64,000 nucleotides of DNA from Chiloscyllium plagiosum. Taxonomy: Eukaryota. The notes beneath the pieces are model-generated. The model was not told the origin of the DNA and did not search any database. It saw only the letters and a list, made by a program, of their open reading frames with translations. Made by a program: the position numbers and the translations under genes. Location of the stretch: assembly GCF_004010195.1 (NCBI RefSeq), contig NC_057718.1, positions 27,525,088 to 27,589,087 of the forward strand. Direction: 5' to 3'. Below, one piece after another: positions 49,857-62,754 of this stretch (position 1 is the first letter of the stretch; the number at the start of each line of letters is the position of its first letter).

Positions 49857-51185
49857 ATATTCCTGTTAGGGTGAAAGGAAAGGCTGATAGGTATAGGGAA
49901 TGCTGGATAACGAGAGAAATTGAGGATTTGGTTAAGAAAAAGAAGGAAGCATATGTAAGATATAGACAGGATAGATTGAGTGAATCCTTAGAAGAGTATA
50001 AAGGAAGTAGGAGTATACTTAAAAGGGAAGTGAGGAGGGCAAAAAGGGGATATGAGATAGCTTTGGCAAATAGAATTAAGGAGAATCCAAAGAGCTTTTA
50101 CAAATACATTAAGGACAAAAGGGTAACTAGGGAGAAAATAGGGCCCCTCAAAGATCAGCAAGGCGGCCTTGGTGTGGAGCCGCAGAAAATAGGAGAGATG
50201 CTAAATTAGTATTTTGCATTAGTATTTACTGTGGAAAAGGATATGGAAGATATAGACTGTAGGGAAATAGATGGTGACATCTTGCAAAATGTCCATGTTA
50301 CAGAGGAGGAAGCGTTGGATGTCTTGAAATGGGTAAAGGTGGATAATTCCCCAGGACCTGATCAGGTGTACCCTAGAACTCTGTGGGAAGCTAGAGAAGT
50401 GATTGCTGGGCTTCTTGCTGAGATATTTGTATCATCGGCAGTCATAGGTGAGGTGCTGGAAGACTGGAGGTTGGCTAACGTGGTGCCACTGTTTAAGATG
50501 GATGGTAAGGACAAGCCAGGGAACAATAGACCAGTGAGCCTGATGTCGGTGGTGGGCAAGTTGTTGGAGGGACTCCTGAGGGACAGGATGTACATGTATT
50601 TGGAAAGGCAAGGACTGATTAGGGATAGTCAACATGGCTTTGTGTGTGGGAAATCATGTCTCACAAACTTGATTTGAGTTTTTTGAGGAAGTAACAAAGA
50701 GGATTGATGAGGGCAGAGCGGTAGATGTGATCTATATGGACTTCACTAAGGCGTTCAACAAGGTTCCTGATGGGAAAATGATTAGCAAGGTTAGATCTCA
50801 GGGAAGACAGGGAGAACTAGCCACTTGGATACAGAACTGGCCCAAAGGTAGAAGACAGAGGGTGGTGATGGAGGGTTGTTTTTCAGACTGGAGGCCTGTG
50901 ACCAGTAGGTGCTGCATTTTGGGAAAGCAAATCTTAGCAGGACATATACACTTAATGGTAAGTCCTAGGGAGTGTTGCTGAACAAAGAGACCTTGGAGTG
51001 CAGGTTCATAGTTCCTTGAAAGTGGAGTCACAGGTAGATAGGATAGTGAAGAAGGCGTTTGGTATGCTTTCCTTTATTGGTCAGAGTATTGAGTACAGGA
51101 GTTGGGAGGTCATGTTGTGGCTGTACAGGACATTGGTTACGCCACTGTTGGAATACTGCGTGCAATTCTGGTCTCCTTCCTATCC
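49855..51185 (+). mobile_element. CR1 ORF2 fragment with internal deletion
   Basis: ENPKSFYKYIK...SPGPDQVYPR...DWRLANVVPLFK...QHGF...MDFTKAFNKV...[10 protein letters not shown]. Confidence 0.93.
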
Positions 51186-51324
51186 CAGCAGCAGGAAGTG
51201 GATCTCACAGAGGAGATGGTAAGAGAGGTCATTTAGGAGAAATAAGAGCAAACATGGAGAAAGATAATCTGGGAGCAGTTTAAATGGAAAAGGAAAAAGG
51301 GAGAAGCAGCAAAGGTTGATGTTA

Positions 51325-52680
51325 ATATTTTTTATCATTCATTAACGGAATGTGGGTGTCTCGGTCTAGGCCAGCATCTGTTTATTGCTTAGCCTAATTG
51401 CCCTGGACAAGGTGACAATGAGATATCCTCTTGAACCACTGCAGTCCACCCGAATGCAGAGTCACCCACATTGTGGGAAAAAAGGAAGTCCCAGGATTTT
51501 GACCCAGCAACAGTAAGGGATTGGTTTTATTGTTCGAAGTTGAATGATATATGGCTGGGAGGTTGCAGTTTGTGGTGTTGCTATGCATTTGCTGCTTTGT
51601 ACTTCAAGGTTTGAGGGATTCATGGGTTTGAAAGATGCTGATGAAGGAGCCTTGACGAGTTGTTATTGTGCATCTTGTGGAATGTACAAGTTGCTGCCAC
51701 TGTTTTTCAGTGGTGAAGGGAGTAAATGTTGAAGGTGTTATTGGAGGAGGTGATGTAGTTGTAATGTCACTGGATGAATAATATAGAGCATCAGACCAAT
51801 GTTTTGGGGACATGGGTTTGAATCCACCAACGCTGATGATAAATTTGAATTCCATAAATTGTGGAATTAAAATCTAGTCTAATGTTGACCATGTAATGAT
51901 TGTCTAAAAATCTAATACACCAATGTCCTTCAGGGAAAAAAATCTGTCATCCTTACCTAGAGTGACTTACATTTGACGTTGTACTCACAGCAATGTAATT
52001 GACTCTTAATTACCTTCTGAAATGGCTTAGCAAGCCTCTCAGTTGTATCAAACCGCAACGAAGTCTGATAGCCAACAGCTTTCTTGAATCATTACTGTCC
52101 GTTTGGTATAGGATCAAATGGTATTGAAGGAATGGTAATATATTTCTAAGTCAGAAAAATGTAAGACTTGGGAGGTACTGTCAAATAAGCCTCGGCGAGT
52201 TGCTGCAGTGTACTTATAGATTGTACTCACTGCTGCCATTGTTTGTGTGGTGGAGGGTGTGAGAATGTTTAAGGTGGTAATAAGGATATATTTCTGTAGT
52301 TGATCCTTTCCATTGCTGGTCAATTATGCATGTATAATATTTATGATGGGTGACTCAGAGATGGCAATGCCATTGAATGTCAAAGAGATGGGTTTCAACT
52401 CTGCCTTGTTGGAGATGGTCAGTGCTTGGTTCTGTGCACACAAAGATTAAACCTGTTGCTTATCAACCCAAGCCTGAACATTGTCTATGTGTGCTACATA
52501 CAGACAAGGATTACTTCAGCCAATGTGTACTGTGATTATCAACAAACATCACCATTTCTGATATTAGTATGAAATAAATGACATTGATGATGTAGAATAT
52601 GGACCTATACAGAACATTACCTTGAGGAATACTAGTAGTGATGTCCTAAGGGTGAAATGATTGTCTTCCAACAACCAAAA
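51325..52680 (-). mobile_element. Old CR1-group LINE 3' remnant with a nested plus-strand SINE at about 51745-52070
   Basis: TMAAVSTIYK remnant and an ttcctcaaggtaatgt (VPQG-like) remnant near 52620. Its tail is shared with the SINE at 5180-5535. Confidence 0.55.
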
Positions 52681-52682
52681 TT

Positions 52683-52982
52683 ATTAGATTAGATTACTTA
52701 CAGTGTGGAAAAAGGCCCTTCGGCCCAACAAGTCCACACCGACCCACCGAAGCCCAACCCACCCAGACCCATTCCCCTACATTTACCCCTTTTCGGCCAA
52801 TTCACCTAACCTGCACGTTTTTTTTTTGGACTGTGGGAGGAAACCGGAGCACCCAGAGGAAACTCTCGCAGACACGGGGAGAATGTGCAAACTCCACAGT
52901 CAGTCGCCTGAGGCGGGAATTGAACCCAGGTCTCTGGCGCTGTGAGGCAGCAGTGCTAACCACTGTGCCACCATGCTGCCCA
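52683..52982 (-). mobile_element. HE1-type SINE
   Basis: (ttaga)n tail; head tggcacagtggttagcac on the minus strand. Confidence 0.9.
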
Positions 52983-53014
52983 CTAGAAGCTCTTGCTATT
53001 CTTTTTCATTTTTT

Positions 53015-53265
53015 GATTAGAATAGATTCCCTACAGTGTGGAAACAGGCCCTTCAGACCCAACAAGTCCACACCGACTCTCCGAAGAGTAACCACCCAGA
53101 ACCATTCCCCTCTGACTAATGCACCTAACACTATGGGCTGTGGGAGGAAACCGGAGCACACGGGGAGAATGTGCAAACTCCGCACAGACAGTCACAAGAG
53201 GCTGGAATCGAACCTGGGACCCTGGTGCTGAGGCAGCAGTGCTAACCACTGAGCCACTGTGCCGC
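53015..53265 (-). mobile_element. HE1-type SINE, deleted, in tandem with the previous copy
   Basis: Same family, with internal deletions. Confidence 0.85.
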
Positions 53266-54534
53266 CATTCATTGTTGTTCATTGTGCTAAGTAAGACTCC
53301 AGCCTGAGAGAGTTTTCTTCCAATTTTTATTGACTTCAATTTTACTGCGTTCCTTGAGTTTCTCACATGGCCAAAGGCCAGTCAGTCTCATTTCAAATGT
53401 GGGTAATTTCTGCAGAAGGCGTCTGTTGTAGTCATGACCACTGTCAGCAAGAGCAATTTAACATCTCATTCCCTTTTCCCCTACAGCCCGGCAACATTTT
53501 CCCTTCCATTGTTATCCAATTCAATTTTCGAAGCTGCATTTGAGTCTGCCATCACCATTCACTGCATTTTTCCTAATATCACTCTTGGTTCTTTTGCCAA
53601 TAATTTTAATTTTGTGCCTCTTGATTTTTGACCTATCCACCAATGGGAATAGTCTCTCATCTCATGCCTTGTCTTGACCCCATCAGAATTTCCTCTCAAC
53701 CGTATCATCTGTATGGACAGCACCCCAGTTTATTGACTGATAGAATCATACAGCATAGAAACAGACCCTTTGGTCCAACTAGCCCATACTGACCATATTC
53801 CCTAACCAAATCATCCCACTTGCCTGTATTTGGCCCATATCCCTCTAAAACGTTCCTATTCATTTACTTATCCAAATGTATTTTAAATATTGTAACTGTA
53901 CCTACATACACCATCTCCCCTGGCATTTCATTCCATATACGAACCACTGTATGTGTACAAAGTTGCCCCATATCCTTTTTAAATCTTTCTGCTCACCTTA
54001 AAAATATGCCAACTAGTTTTCAATTCCCCCGCCCTAGGGAAAATACCCCTGCTCTTCATGATTTTATAAACCTCTGTAAGATTACCTCTCAAACTCCTAC
54101 GCTCCATTGAAAAAGGTCTCAGACTATCTTCATAACTCAAACATTCCATTCCCGGCAACACCCTGGTAAATCTTTTCTGAACCCTCTCCAACTTAACAAT
54201 ATTCTTCCTCTAGCCGGGCAACCAGAATTGCACACAGTATTCCAGAAGAGGCCTCATCAACGTCCTGTACAATCTCACAATCATATCGGAACTCCTATAC
54301 TCAATGGTCTGGACAATAAAGGGAAGCTTCCTAAATGCCTTCTTAAGCACCCTGTCTTCACATAACGCAAATTTCAAAGAATAATGTACCTTAACCTCTA
54401 AGTGTCTCAGTTCTACCACATTACCCAGGTTCCTATGATTAATTGTATAAGTTGTGCCCTTGTTTGTTTTAACAAAACGCAATACCTCTCATTTATCCAA
54501 ATTAAACTCCATCTGCCACTCCTCAGCCCATTTG

Positions 54535-54820
54535 TAGGTGGCATGGTGGCTGAGTGGCTAGCACTGCTGCCTTACAGCACCAGGGACCAGGTTTGTTTCC
54601 AGCCTCAGGCGACTGTCTGTGTGGAGTTTACACATTCTCATGTCTGTATGGGTTTCCTCCCACAATCCAAAGATGTGCAGGTCAGGTGAACTGGCTATGC
54701 TAAGTTACCCAGAGTGTTCAGGGATGTGTTGGCTAAGTGCGTTAGTCAGGGGAAATGTAGAGGAGTGAGTCTGGGTGGGATACTCTTCAGGGGATCAGTG
54801 TGGACCTGTTGGGATTCTAA
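54535..54820 (+). mobile_element. Diverged HE1-type SINE
   Basis: ggtggcatggtggctgagtggctagcactgctgcc head. Confidence 0.82.
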
Positions 54821-55022
54821 TTTTTTAAATTTAAATTGGCCCAATTGATCAAGATCTCTTTGTAATCTTTAATAATCTTCGTCACTGTTGACTATAGCAC
54901 CAATTTTGGCGTCATCCGCAAACTTACTAATCATGCCTTCTAAGTTCTCATCCAAATCATTTATATAAATGACAAACAAAAGTGGACCCAGTACCAATCC
55001 CTATGGAACACTACTGGTCACA

Positions 55023-55250
55023 GTTGAAAAGTGTGGCACTGGAAAAGCACAGCAGGTCAGGCAGCATCCAAGCAGTAGGAGAATAGATGCTTCGGGCATA
55101 AGCCCTTCATCCGGAATGCCTGATCAAGGGCTTATGCCTGAAATGTCGATTCTCCTGCTCCTCGGATGCTGCCTGACCTGCTGTGCTTTTCCAGTGCCAC
55201 TCTTTTAGTCTCTGATCTCCAGCATCTGCAGTCCTCACTTTCTCCTAACC
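55023..55250. mobile_element. Palindromic PLE mini-element with two divergent degenerate hammerheads
   Basis: Arms 55027-55115 and 55119-55206; tail to 55250. TSD actggtcaca at 55013-55022 and 55251-55260. Confidence 0.9.
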
Positions 55251-56524
55251 ACTGGTCACAAGCCTCCAGTCTCAGAAAAAACCCTCTACTATCACACTCT
55301 ATCTCCTATCATCAAGCCAATTTTGTATCCAATTGGCAAGCTCTCCCCAAATCCCACACGATCTAACTTTACTAATTAGTCTACCATATGGAACCTTTTC
55401 AAAGGCTTTACTAAAGTCCATGCAAACAATGTCCACCATTCTGCCCTCATCAATCTTTTTGGTCAGGTTTGTGAGACACAATTTCCCTTGCACAAAGCTA
55501 TGCTGACCATCCCTGATGCATGTGCCTCTGAAACCCAGCTTTCAGAATACCCTCCAACACCTTACCCATCACCGCTGTCAGATAAATTGGTCTATATTTG
55601 CCAGGCTTCTCCTTGCAGCCTTACTTAAATAAAGGCACAACATTAGCCACCCTCCAGTCCTTCGGCACCTCCTCCATGGTTATAGTTGTACAAATATCTC
55701 TGCTAGGGGCACTGCAATTTCTTCCGGAACTTCTCACAATGTCTTGATCAGGTCCTGAAGATTTATGTTATGTTTATGTTCACCTTTATGTTTCCTAAGG
55801 GCTCCAGCACATCCTCTTCTGTAAAGTGAACTGTTTTCAAACCATCAATATTTAATTCCCCAAATTCTCTAGCCTCCATTTCTTTCTCCACAGTAAAATT
55901 GATGCAAAATATTCATTTCGCATCTCCGCCATCTTCTGAGGTTCAACACATAGACAACCTCATTCATCATTAACGGGCCCTAATCTCTCTTTGTTTGCTC
56001 TTTTGCTTTTAATAATCTTGTAAAATTTCATTGGATTATCTTTAACCTTATCTGCCATGGTCTCATATCCCCTTTATGCCCTCCTGATTTCCCTCTTATG
56101 AATGCCCCTGCACCCTTTATACTCTTGAAGAGGTTAATTCTTTATTCATCCATTGTTCTCGATTTTTACTAGCCTTCACTCTAACAGGAACGTAACGCCG
56201 CTGAACTCTTAATATCACACTGTTGAAAGCCTCTCACTTGTCAGTTGTCTCTCTACCTGCGAATAGTCAACTCCAATCAACCATTGAAAGTTCCTGTCTC
56301 ATATCATTAAAGTTTGCCTTACTCCAATTAAGAACTTTAACTTTTATGGAAGCTTGAGACTATTCTCAAATCTTAGCAACACACTCTGAAACCTTAATGT
56401 TTCTAAAGTGTGGTGCACAAAATGGGACATAATACTTAGTTTAGGCTGAACCAGTGCTTTATAAAGCTCCATCATAGAGTACAAATCCAAGCAAGTTATT
56501 AATATATCCCAGGATTCTGCATGT

Positions 56525-57270
56525 AAAAGCAAAATACTGCAGATACTGGAAATATAAAATGAAAAGATAGCATCAATGGAGACTAAAAGAGTAATGTTTC
56601 ATCAAAAGATTTAGTCTTTCACCAAAACTGGAGAAAGTTAGAAATGTAATTGTTTTTAAGCAAATGGATAAGGGGAACAGAGGAATGGTGGAGAAAGAAC
56701 AAAAGAGAATTTCTCTAAGAGTGGAAATAGGAGACATTGTCTATTGCAAAAGAGTTTATGGTGCAGAGCCAAAATGGAATGGCAACGGGACAAGTAAAGA
56801 AACAGATGATGGTGTTTGGAGATGTTGTGAATTGCACAACCGAATAAATAGCTTAGTCTCTGTCAAAAGCAAGTCATTTCTGAGGCTGAAAGAAAGCCCA
56901 GAAGAAATCCCAAGTCAACAACATGCCAAAACTCCAAACATCATCAGCAGTATCCTGATCTATTTGCAGCAAAACCTTTCGGGCATAAATTAGCTTTTAC
57001 AGACCCACTAGAACCCATTAAAATATTTGTTGTCATTTTCCTTTCAGAAGATAATAGAATGATGAACAACTGCCATCCAAAAGGTATAAACAAAGGAAAC
57101 AGGAGACTAAAACCTGCATAGAAAAGGTAACAATTATGGGGGCCAACAAAATGAAGACTACAATCTCAAACTGTGGAATGCAATGTTGAGGACAGAAAGC
57201 TGTAGAGTGAACAATAAAAATATTAAATTCTGCTCCTGAAGATTGCATTGAGCTTCATTGGAACACAGCA
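56525..57270 (-). mobile_element. Old PLE 3' remnant
   Basis: gcaaaatactgcagatactggaa tail, and 57160-57270 resembles 26145-26260. Confidence 0.5.
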
Positions 57271-57592
57271 TGAAGGGTCACACAAATCATTGTTGTTTCA
57301 CTACAGGCTTCTTACAGTTTTGCATACTGCATTCACTGCTTACAAAATGTAGTCTGAAACACACTGGGAAGGCCAAAAACCAATTGAGTTTGTGCAACAC
57401 CTTTGTTAAGTCCATAAATATAGCCCGAGCTTCCAGTTGCCTAACATTTTAATTCACCATCTTGCTCTTCAATTGATATTTCTGCCCTCAGCCTAATGCA
57501 TTTTCCCAAAGGCATTCGCCTTTGAAAAAGCTTTGACATTATGCTGTTTTAAAATATTTCAAAGACAGAGGGTTTAGAATTTAGAAATCTCA

Positions 57593-57638
57593 GATAGGAT
57601 ACAAGTAAAATGCATGATAGGATACAAGTAAAATGCAT
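57593..57638. repeat. 23-bp perfect tandem duplication
   Basis: gataggatacaagtaaaatgcat repeated twice. Confidence 0.9.
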
Positions 57639-58512
57639 ATATTTTCCTCAATAATGAAACCCTTTATTATAAATCAATTCCAACTAAAATAAACAGCTAT
57701 ATAGTAGAGAGTCCATTCCAATTAGTTTATATCTGCTCAAAACATTTACTTGTGTTTAAACCTATTTTAAAATTGGCTTGAGAATAATAATGTGGAGGAA
57801 TTGGTACCAATTGTTTTGTGACTATTGCTATTGCAATATAGCTCCAAACACTACAGCTTTCTGGACTCAGCATTCAGACTGTGCATTATTCCCTGGAATC
57901 AAATTTCAGTTTTCAGTGCAGTCAAAGCAATCACTCAAATAATTCAGCTTGAAGGAGCTATTTATTCCATGAATTACACTAAAACCTAGAGTTATTGCAT
58001 TTACTAAAGTAATCAAGTGCAGCGAGTGGCCCATGTCACATTTACGGAGTTAAATTTAATTTTTAGAACAGGAAATAAGACGACTGTGGTTACCTATTTC
58101 AAAATTTTTAATTAATTTCTTCCTTTCCCGTTCCTCCACACCCGTTGCTTGTTTGGCAGAATATAGAGGACCAGATGGTATGCTCCAGATTTCCACCAAT
58201 GGACAATACAAGCAGCAGTTGGGAGTTGCTAAACAGCAGCCCAAAGTGACACTTACTTCCCATTGAGGAAGCCACCTGGTCTTCATTCTACATCTCCTCC
58301 TGCCAGCACACAAGGAAAAAAAATAGTAGGTATTTGCTACATTCTTTCTTCTCCAAGAAAAGTTTATTTCAGCTTAATACAGTCACTACAAAATCACTCC
58401 AGGAAAGATCTTGAGCTTATTCAGATTCCATCTGTATCAATAAAGTCATACTAATCTAATTATGTAGAATTTTGAATATACCATACCTTTGGAGATTTTA
58501 ACAACTCTGCTT

Positions 58513-59932
58513 TAGCATCCCAAGTGCCAAGTTAGAAGGTTGGATCTTGGATAAGGTGGGGGTGGGGAAATGAGGAAACTGGTGAAATCCACATTGATGC
58601 TGTGTGGTTGGAGGGTCCCAAGGCAGTAGATGAGGCGTTCTTCCTCCAGGCATCGGGTGGTTAGGGTTTGCCTGGAGAGGAGGCCCCTGACCTGCATGTC
58701 CTTGGTGGAGTGGGAGGGGGAGTTAAAGTGTTTGGCCACAGGGCAGTGGGGCTGTTTCCTGCGTGTCCAGGAAATGTTAAGTGTTTGACAAGTAGGCATC
58801 ATGTCTCCCCAAAGCAGAGGAAAACACATCAGGAGCAATGGATACAGTCAATGACATGTTTGGAGGTGCAGGTAAATCTCTGACAGATGTGGAAGGATCC
58901 TTTGGGGCCTTGGACAGAGGTAAGGGGGAAGGTGTGGACGCAGGTTTTGCAATTCTTGTGGTGGCAGTGGAAGGTGCCGGGAGGGGAGGGTGGGTGGTTT
59001 GGTGGGGGGGTGCGTGGACCTAAAAAGGGAGTTGCGGAGGGAATAGTCTTTACAGAACGCAGATGGGGGTGGGGAGGGTAACGTCATCTACAAACAGATA
59101 CATCATATCATCCTTTGCCATTTCCACCACCTACAAATGGACCCACCACCAGAGATATGTTTCCCTCCCCACCCCTATCTGCTTTCCATAAAGACCATTC
59201 CCTCTGCGACTCCCTGTTAGGTTCACGCCTCCCCACTAACCCACCCTCCCCTCCTGGCACCTTCCCCTGCCACTGCAAGAATTGCAAAACCTGCGCCCAC
59301 ACCTCCCCTCTCAACTCTGTCCAAGGCCCCAAAGGAACCTTCCACATCCATCATAGATTTACCTGCACTTCCCCACATGTCATCTACTGTATCCATTGCT
59401 CCTGATGTGTTCTCGTCTACTTCGGGGAGACAGGCCACCTATTTGCAGAATGTATCAGAGGACCTCTCCAGGACACATGCACAAAACATCTCCACCGCCC
59501 TGTGGCCGAGCACTTTAACTCCCCCTCCGCCAAGGACATGCAGGTCAGGGGCCTCCTCACTGCCAAACCCTTATCACCTGATGCTTGGAGGAAGAAAGCC
59601 TCCTCTTCTGCCTTGGGACCCTCCAACCACATGGGATCAATGCACCAGTTTCCTCATTTCCCCTCCCCCCATCTTATCCCAGATCCAACCTTCCAACTTG
59701 GCACTGCCCTTTTGACCTATTCTAGCTGTCCATCTTCTTTCCCACCCATCCATTCCACCCTCCCTACCTACTGCATTCTCAGCTATTTTCCCCCCCCACC
59801 CCCCTCCTATTTATCTCCCAGCCCCTTTGGGCCACCCCATCATTCCTGATGAAGGGCTTATGCTTGAAACGTCGATTCTCCTGCTCCTCAGCTACTGCCT
59901 GACCAGTTGTGCTTTTCCAGCACCACACTCTG
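58513..59932. mobile_element. Neptune-like PLE 3' fragment with an inverted copy of about 570 bp
   Basis: Plus arm PGTFPCHCKNCKTC...HVIYCIHCS...AEHFNSPS with hammerhead at 59842-59877; minus arm 58513-59080. TSD caactctgctt at 58502-58512 and 59933-59943. Confidence 0.92.
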
Positions 59933-61222
59933 CAACTCTGCTTACTAGCTATCTTTCAGAGTTTTGAGACCTCATCTCCTGTCAGCACACACTTCCTTGC
60001 TGGGATTTAATGTTCAAAAAACCTGCAGCATTGATTCAGGAGCCCTTTTCAGCATTGGGATTGTCTGTTCCCTTTGACTGCAGTCTAAACAGAACTCACT
60101 TTATGATAAACTATAATAACTGGGCTTCAGACATCTTTCTCAACCCTTGAACACGTACAATTATGAAACACTTGCCTTTGTCTGTTGCAGTAATTATTAT
60201 AGTGGCCAGATTAAGAGCTGAATTTTAGATTGATAACTTTGCCCTGAACACTCCTGCAGAAATGTCTTTTTTAAACTTCAAATCACTTAAGAGCTAGACA
60301 AAACTTCATTTACAGAATTTGGAGATGCCAGTGTTGGAGTGGGGTGTATAAAATTAAAAATCACACATCATCAGGTTATAGTCCAACAGGTTTAATTGGA
60401 AGCACACGAGCTTTTGGAGCACTGCTCCTTCATCAGGTGGTTGTGGAGGACACAATTATAAGGCACAAAACTTATAGCAAAAATTTAGTTGATGTAACTG
60501 AAATTATACATTGAAAAATACCTTGATTGTCTGTTGAGCCTTTCATTTGTTCAAATACCATGATAGTTTCACTTCTTTCATGTGTAAATGACAAAACCCG
60601 ATTTTTAACTTTGTACACCCCAGTCCAACACCGGTATCTCCGAATCATGACTTTTTTTTATTAAGAAGTTGCATTCTCAGGTTAGCTGTAACAATGGGTG
60701 TTAGCTAGACAATATGTTGAAGGTGTTAGCCCCCTGTGTTCTCTATCTATGCCATGATGTTTAGATTAATTCTAATCTAAAAAGTGAGATAAAAGTTTTA
60801 CATTAATTCATGCAGATTTTGAGCAAAGTACAATGTAACTCTGCAAGTATAAATTCACTCCACAAAATATATGTGTGCATGTGGGTCTTTGTCTGTCTGT
60901 GTGTGTGTCTCTGTCTGGGTTTGGGGGTTGAGAGTGTGATAGAGTGTATATTTGTGAGTGTAGTGAGTGTAGAGTGTCTTAAGTCTGTGAGGGGGTGCAT
61001 GTGGGAGTGTGTGTGTGTGGGTGTGTCTAGGATGGGGGGTTGTGAGTGTCTGTGAGAGAGAGTGTATATGTGTGTGCATGAGTGGAGAGTGGCCTAAGTC
61101 TCTGAGAGTGTGTGTCTGTAAGTGTGTGTGCGCCTGTTCATGTGTGCGCGTGTCTGTTAGTGTGTGTGTGCGTGTGCTCGTGTGTGGGGGTAGGAGTGTC
61201 TGTGTGTATAGTGCAATGGTGG

Positions 61223-62754
61223 TCACCTGTAATGTGACATGAACCCAAGGTCCCGCTTGAGGCCTTCCCTATGGCTATCAGCCTCTGCTCGGCCACTTTT
61301 CGCCGCTGCCTGTCCCGAAGTCCGCCTTGGAGGATGGTCACCCGAAGGTCCGAGATCGAATGTCCTGGACCACTGAAGTGTTCCCTAACTGGGGGGGAAC
61401 ACTCCTGTTTGTTGATTGTTGTGCGGTGCCCATTCAGCCGTTGTCGTAGCCTTTGCTCGGTTTCCCCAATGTACCATGCCTCAGGGCATCCTTGCCTGCA
61501 ACGTATAAGATAGACAACATCGGCTGAGTCACATGAGTACCTGCCACATACAAGGTGGGAGGTGTCCCCACATATAATGGTGGTATCCATGTCCACGCTC
61601 TGACACATCTTGCAGCCCCCACCATGATAGGGTTGTATGGAGTTGTTCTGAAAGCCGGGCAGCTTGCTATGAACAATGATTTGTTTGAGGTTTGGCAGTT
61701 GTTTAAAGGCAAGCAGTGGAGGTGTGGGGAAGGTCTTGGCGAGGTGGTAATCCTCATTGACCTGTAACACATTATCACGAAGAACATGGCATAGTTTTTC
61801 AGCTCCTGGGAAATACTGAACAACAAAGAGTACCCTGTCAGTTGCAGCATGTGTCCGTCTCCTGAGGAGGTCATTACGGTTCCTTGCTGTGGCACGTCGG
61901 AACTGGCAGTCGATGAGTTGAGCATCGTACCCAGTTCTTGTGAGGGCATCCCTGAGTACTTCCAGGTGCCAGTCACATTCCTCCTCATCTGAGCAGATCC
62001 GCTGTACACGTGGGGCTTGTCCATAGGGGATGGCTGTTTTAATATGTTTTGGGTGGAAGCTGGAGAAGTGTAGCATCGTGAGGTTGTCTGTGGGTTTGCA
62101 GTAGAGTGTGGTGCTGAGGTGTCCATCCTTGATGGAGATGCATGTGTCCAAGAATGAGACAGATAGTCGAGAGTAGTCCATGGTGAGTTTGATGGTGGGA
62201 TGAAACTTGTTGATATCACTATGTAGTTTTATCAGTGACTCCTTGCCATGGGTCCAGAGGAAGAAAATGTCGTCATTGTACCTGATGTACAAGAAGAAGT
62301 CTTGTTCGAACCTCTGCATAAAAATGCTGGCATATTGGGATGCAAATTCAGTCCCCATGGCAGTTCCATGTGTCTGGATGAAGAACTGATTGTCAAAGGT
62401 GAAGACATGATCGAGGATAAAGCGGATGAGCTGTAGGATGGTGTTTGGAGATTGGCAGTTGTTGGTGTTGAGTACCGAGGCTGTTGCCGTTATGCCATCA
62501 TTGTGGGGGATGCTGGTGTAGAGTGCTGAAACATCCATTGTGACGAGGAATGTTCCCAGTTCAACTGGTCCACGAGTGCTGAGTTTCTGTAAGAAATCCG
62601 TAGTGTCGTGACAGAAGCTGGGGATCCCCTGTACAGTAGGTTTCAAGATGCCTTCAACAGAGCCGGAGAGATTCTCACACAGGGTCCCATTGCCCGACAC
62701 GATGGGACATCCTGGTGTGTTGGCTTTATGTACCTTCGGAAGGCAGTAGAAGTT
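61223..62754 (-). pseudogene. PLE reverse transcriptase plus C-terminal GIY-YIG endonuclease (5'-truncated, frameshifted near the end)
   Basis: FYCLPKVHK, LVTMDVSALYTSIP, QTHGTAMG, RYNDDIF, SFLD, CKMC linker and VVYLIRC...WYIGET..RL..H. A deletion of about 13 nt near 61272, relative to the right arm, removes the native end (...GFMSHYR*). Confidence 0.93.

Larger units (their letters stand above)
53738..56345 (-). mobile_element. CR1 LINE ORF2 fragment with nested SINE and PLE palindrome
   Basis: MDFSKAFEKVPYGRL; ISKFADDAKIG near 54900-54930; [17 protein letters not shown]. Confidence 0.9.

Noticed and set aside
57300..58500. Possible 3' end of an upstream neighbour (PPP1R21 by human synteny), with minus-strand AATAAA at 57663-57668
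   Set aside because: No PPP1R21 or GTF2A1L coding exon was recognised in the window, and AATAAA is common in AT-rich DNA.
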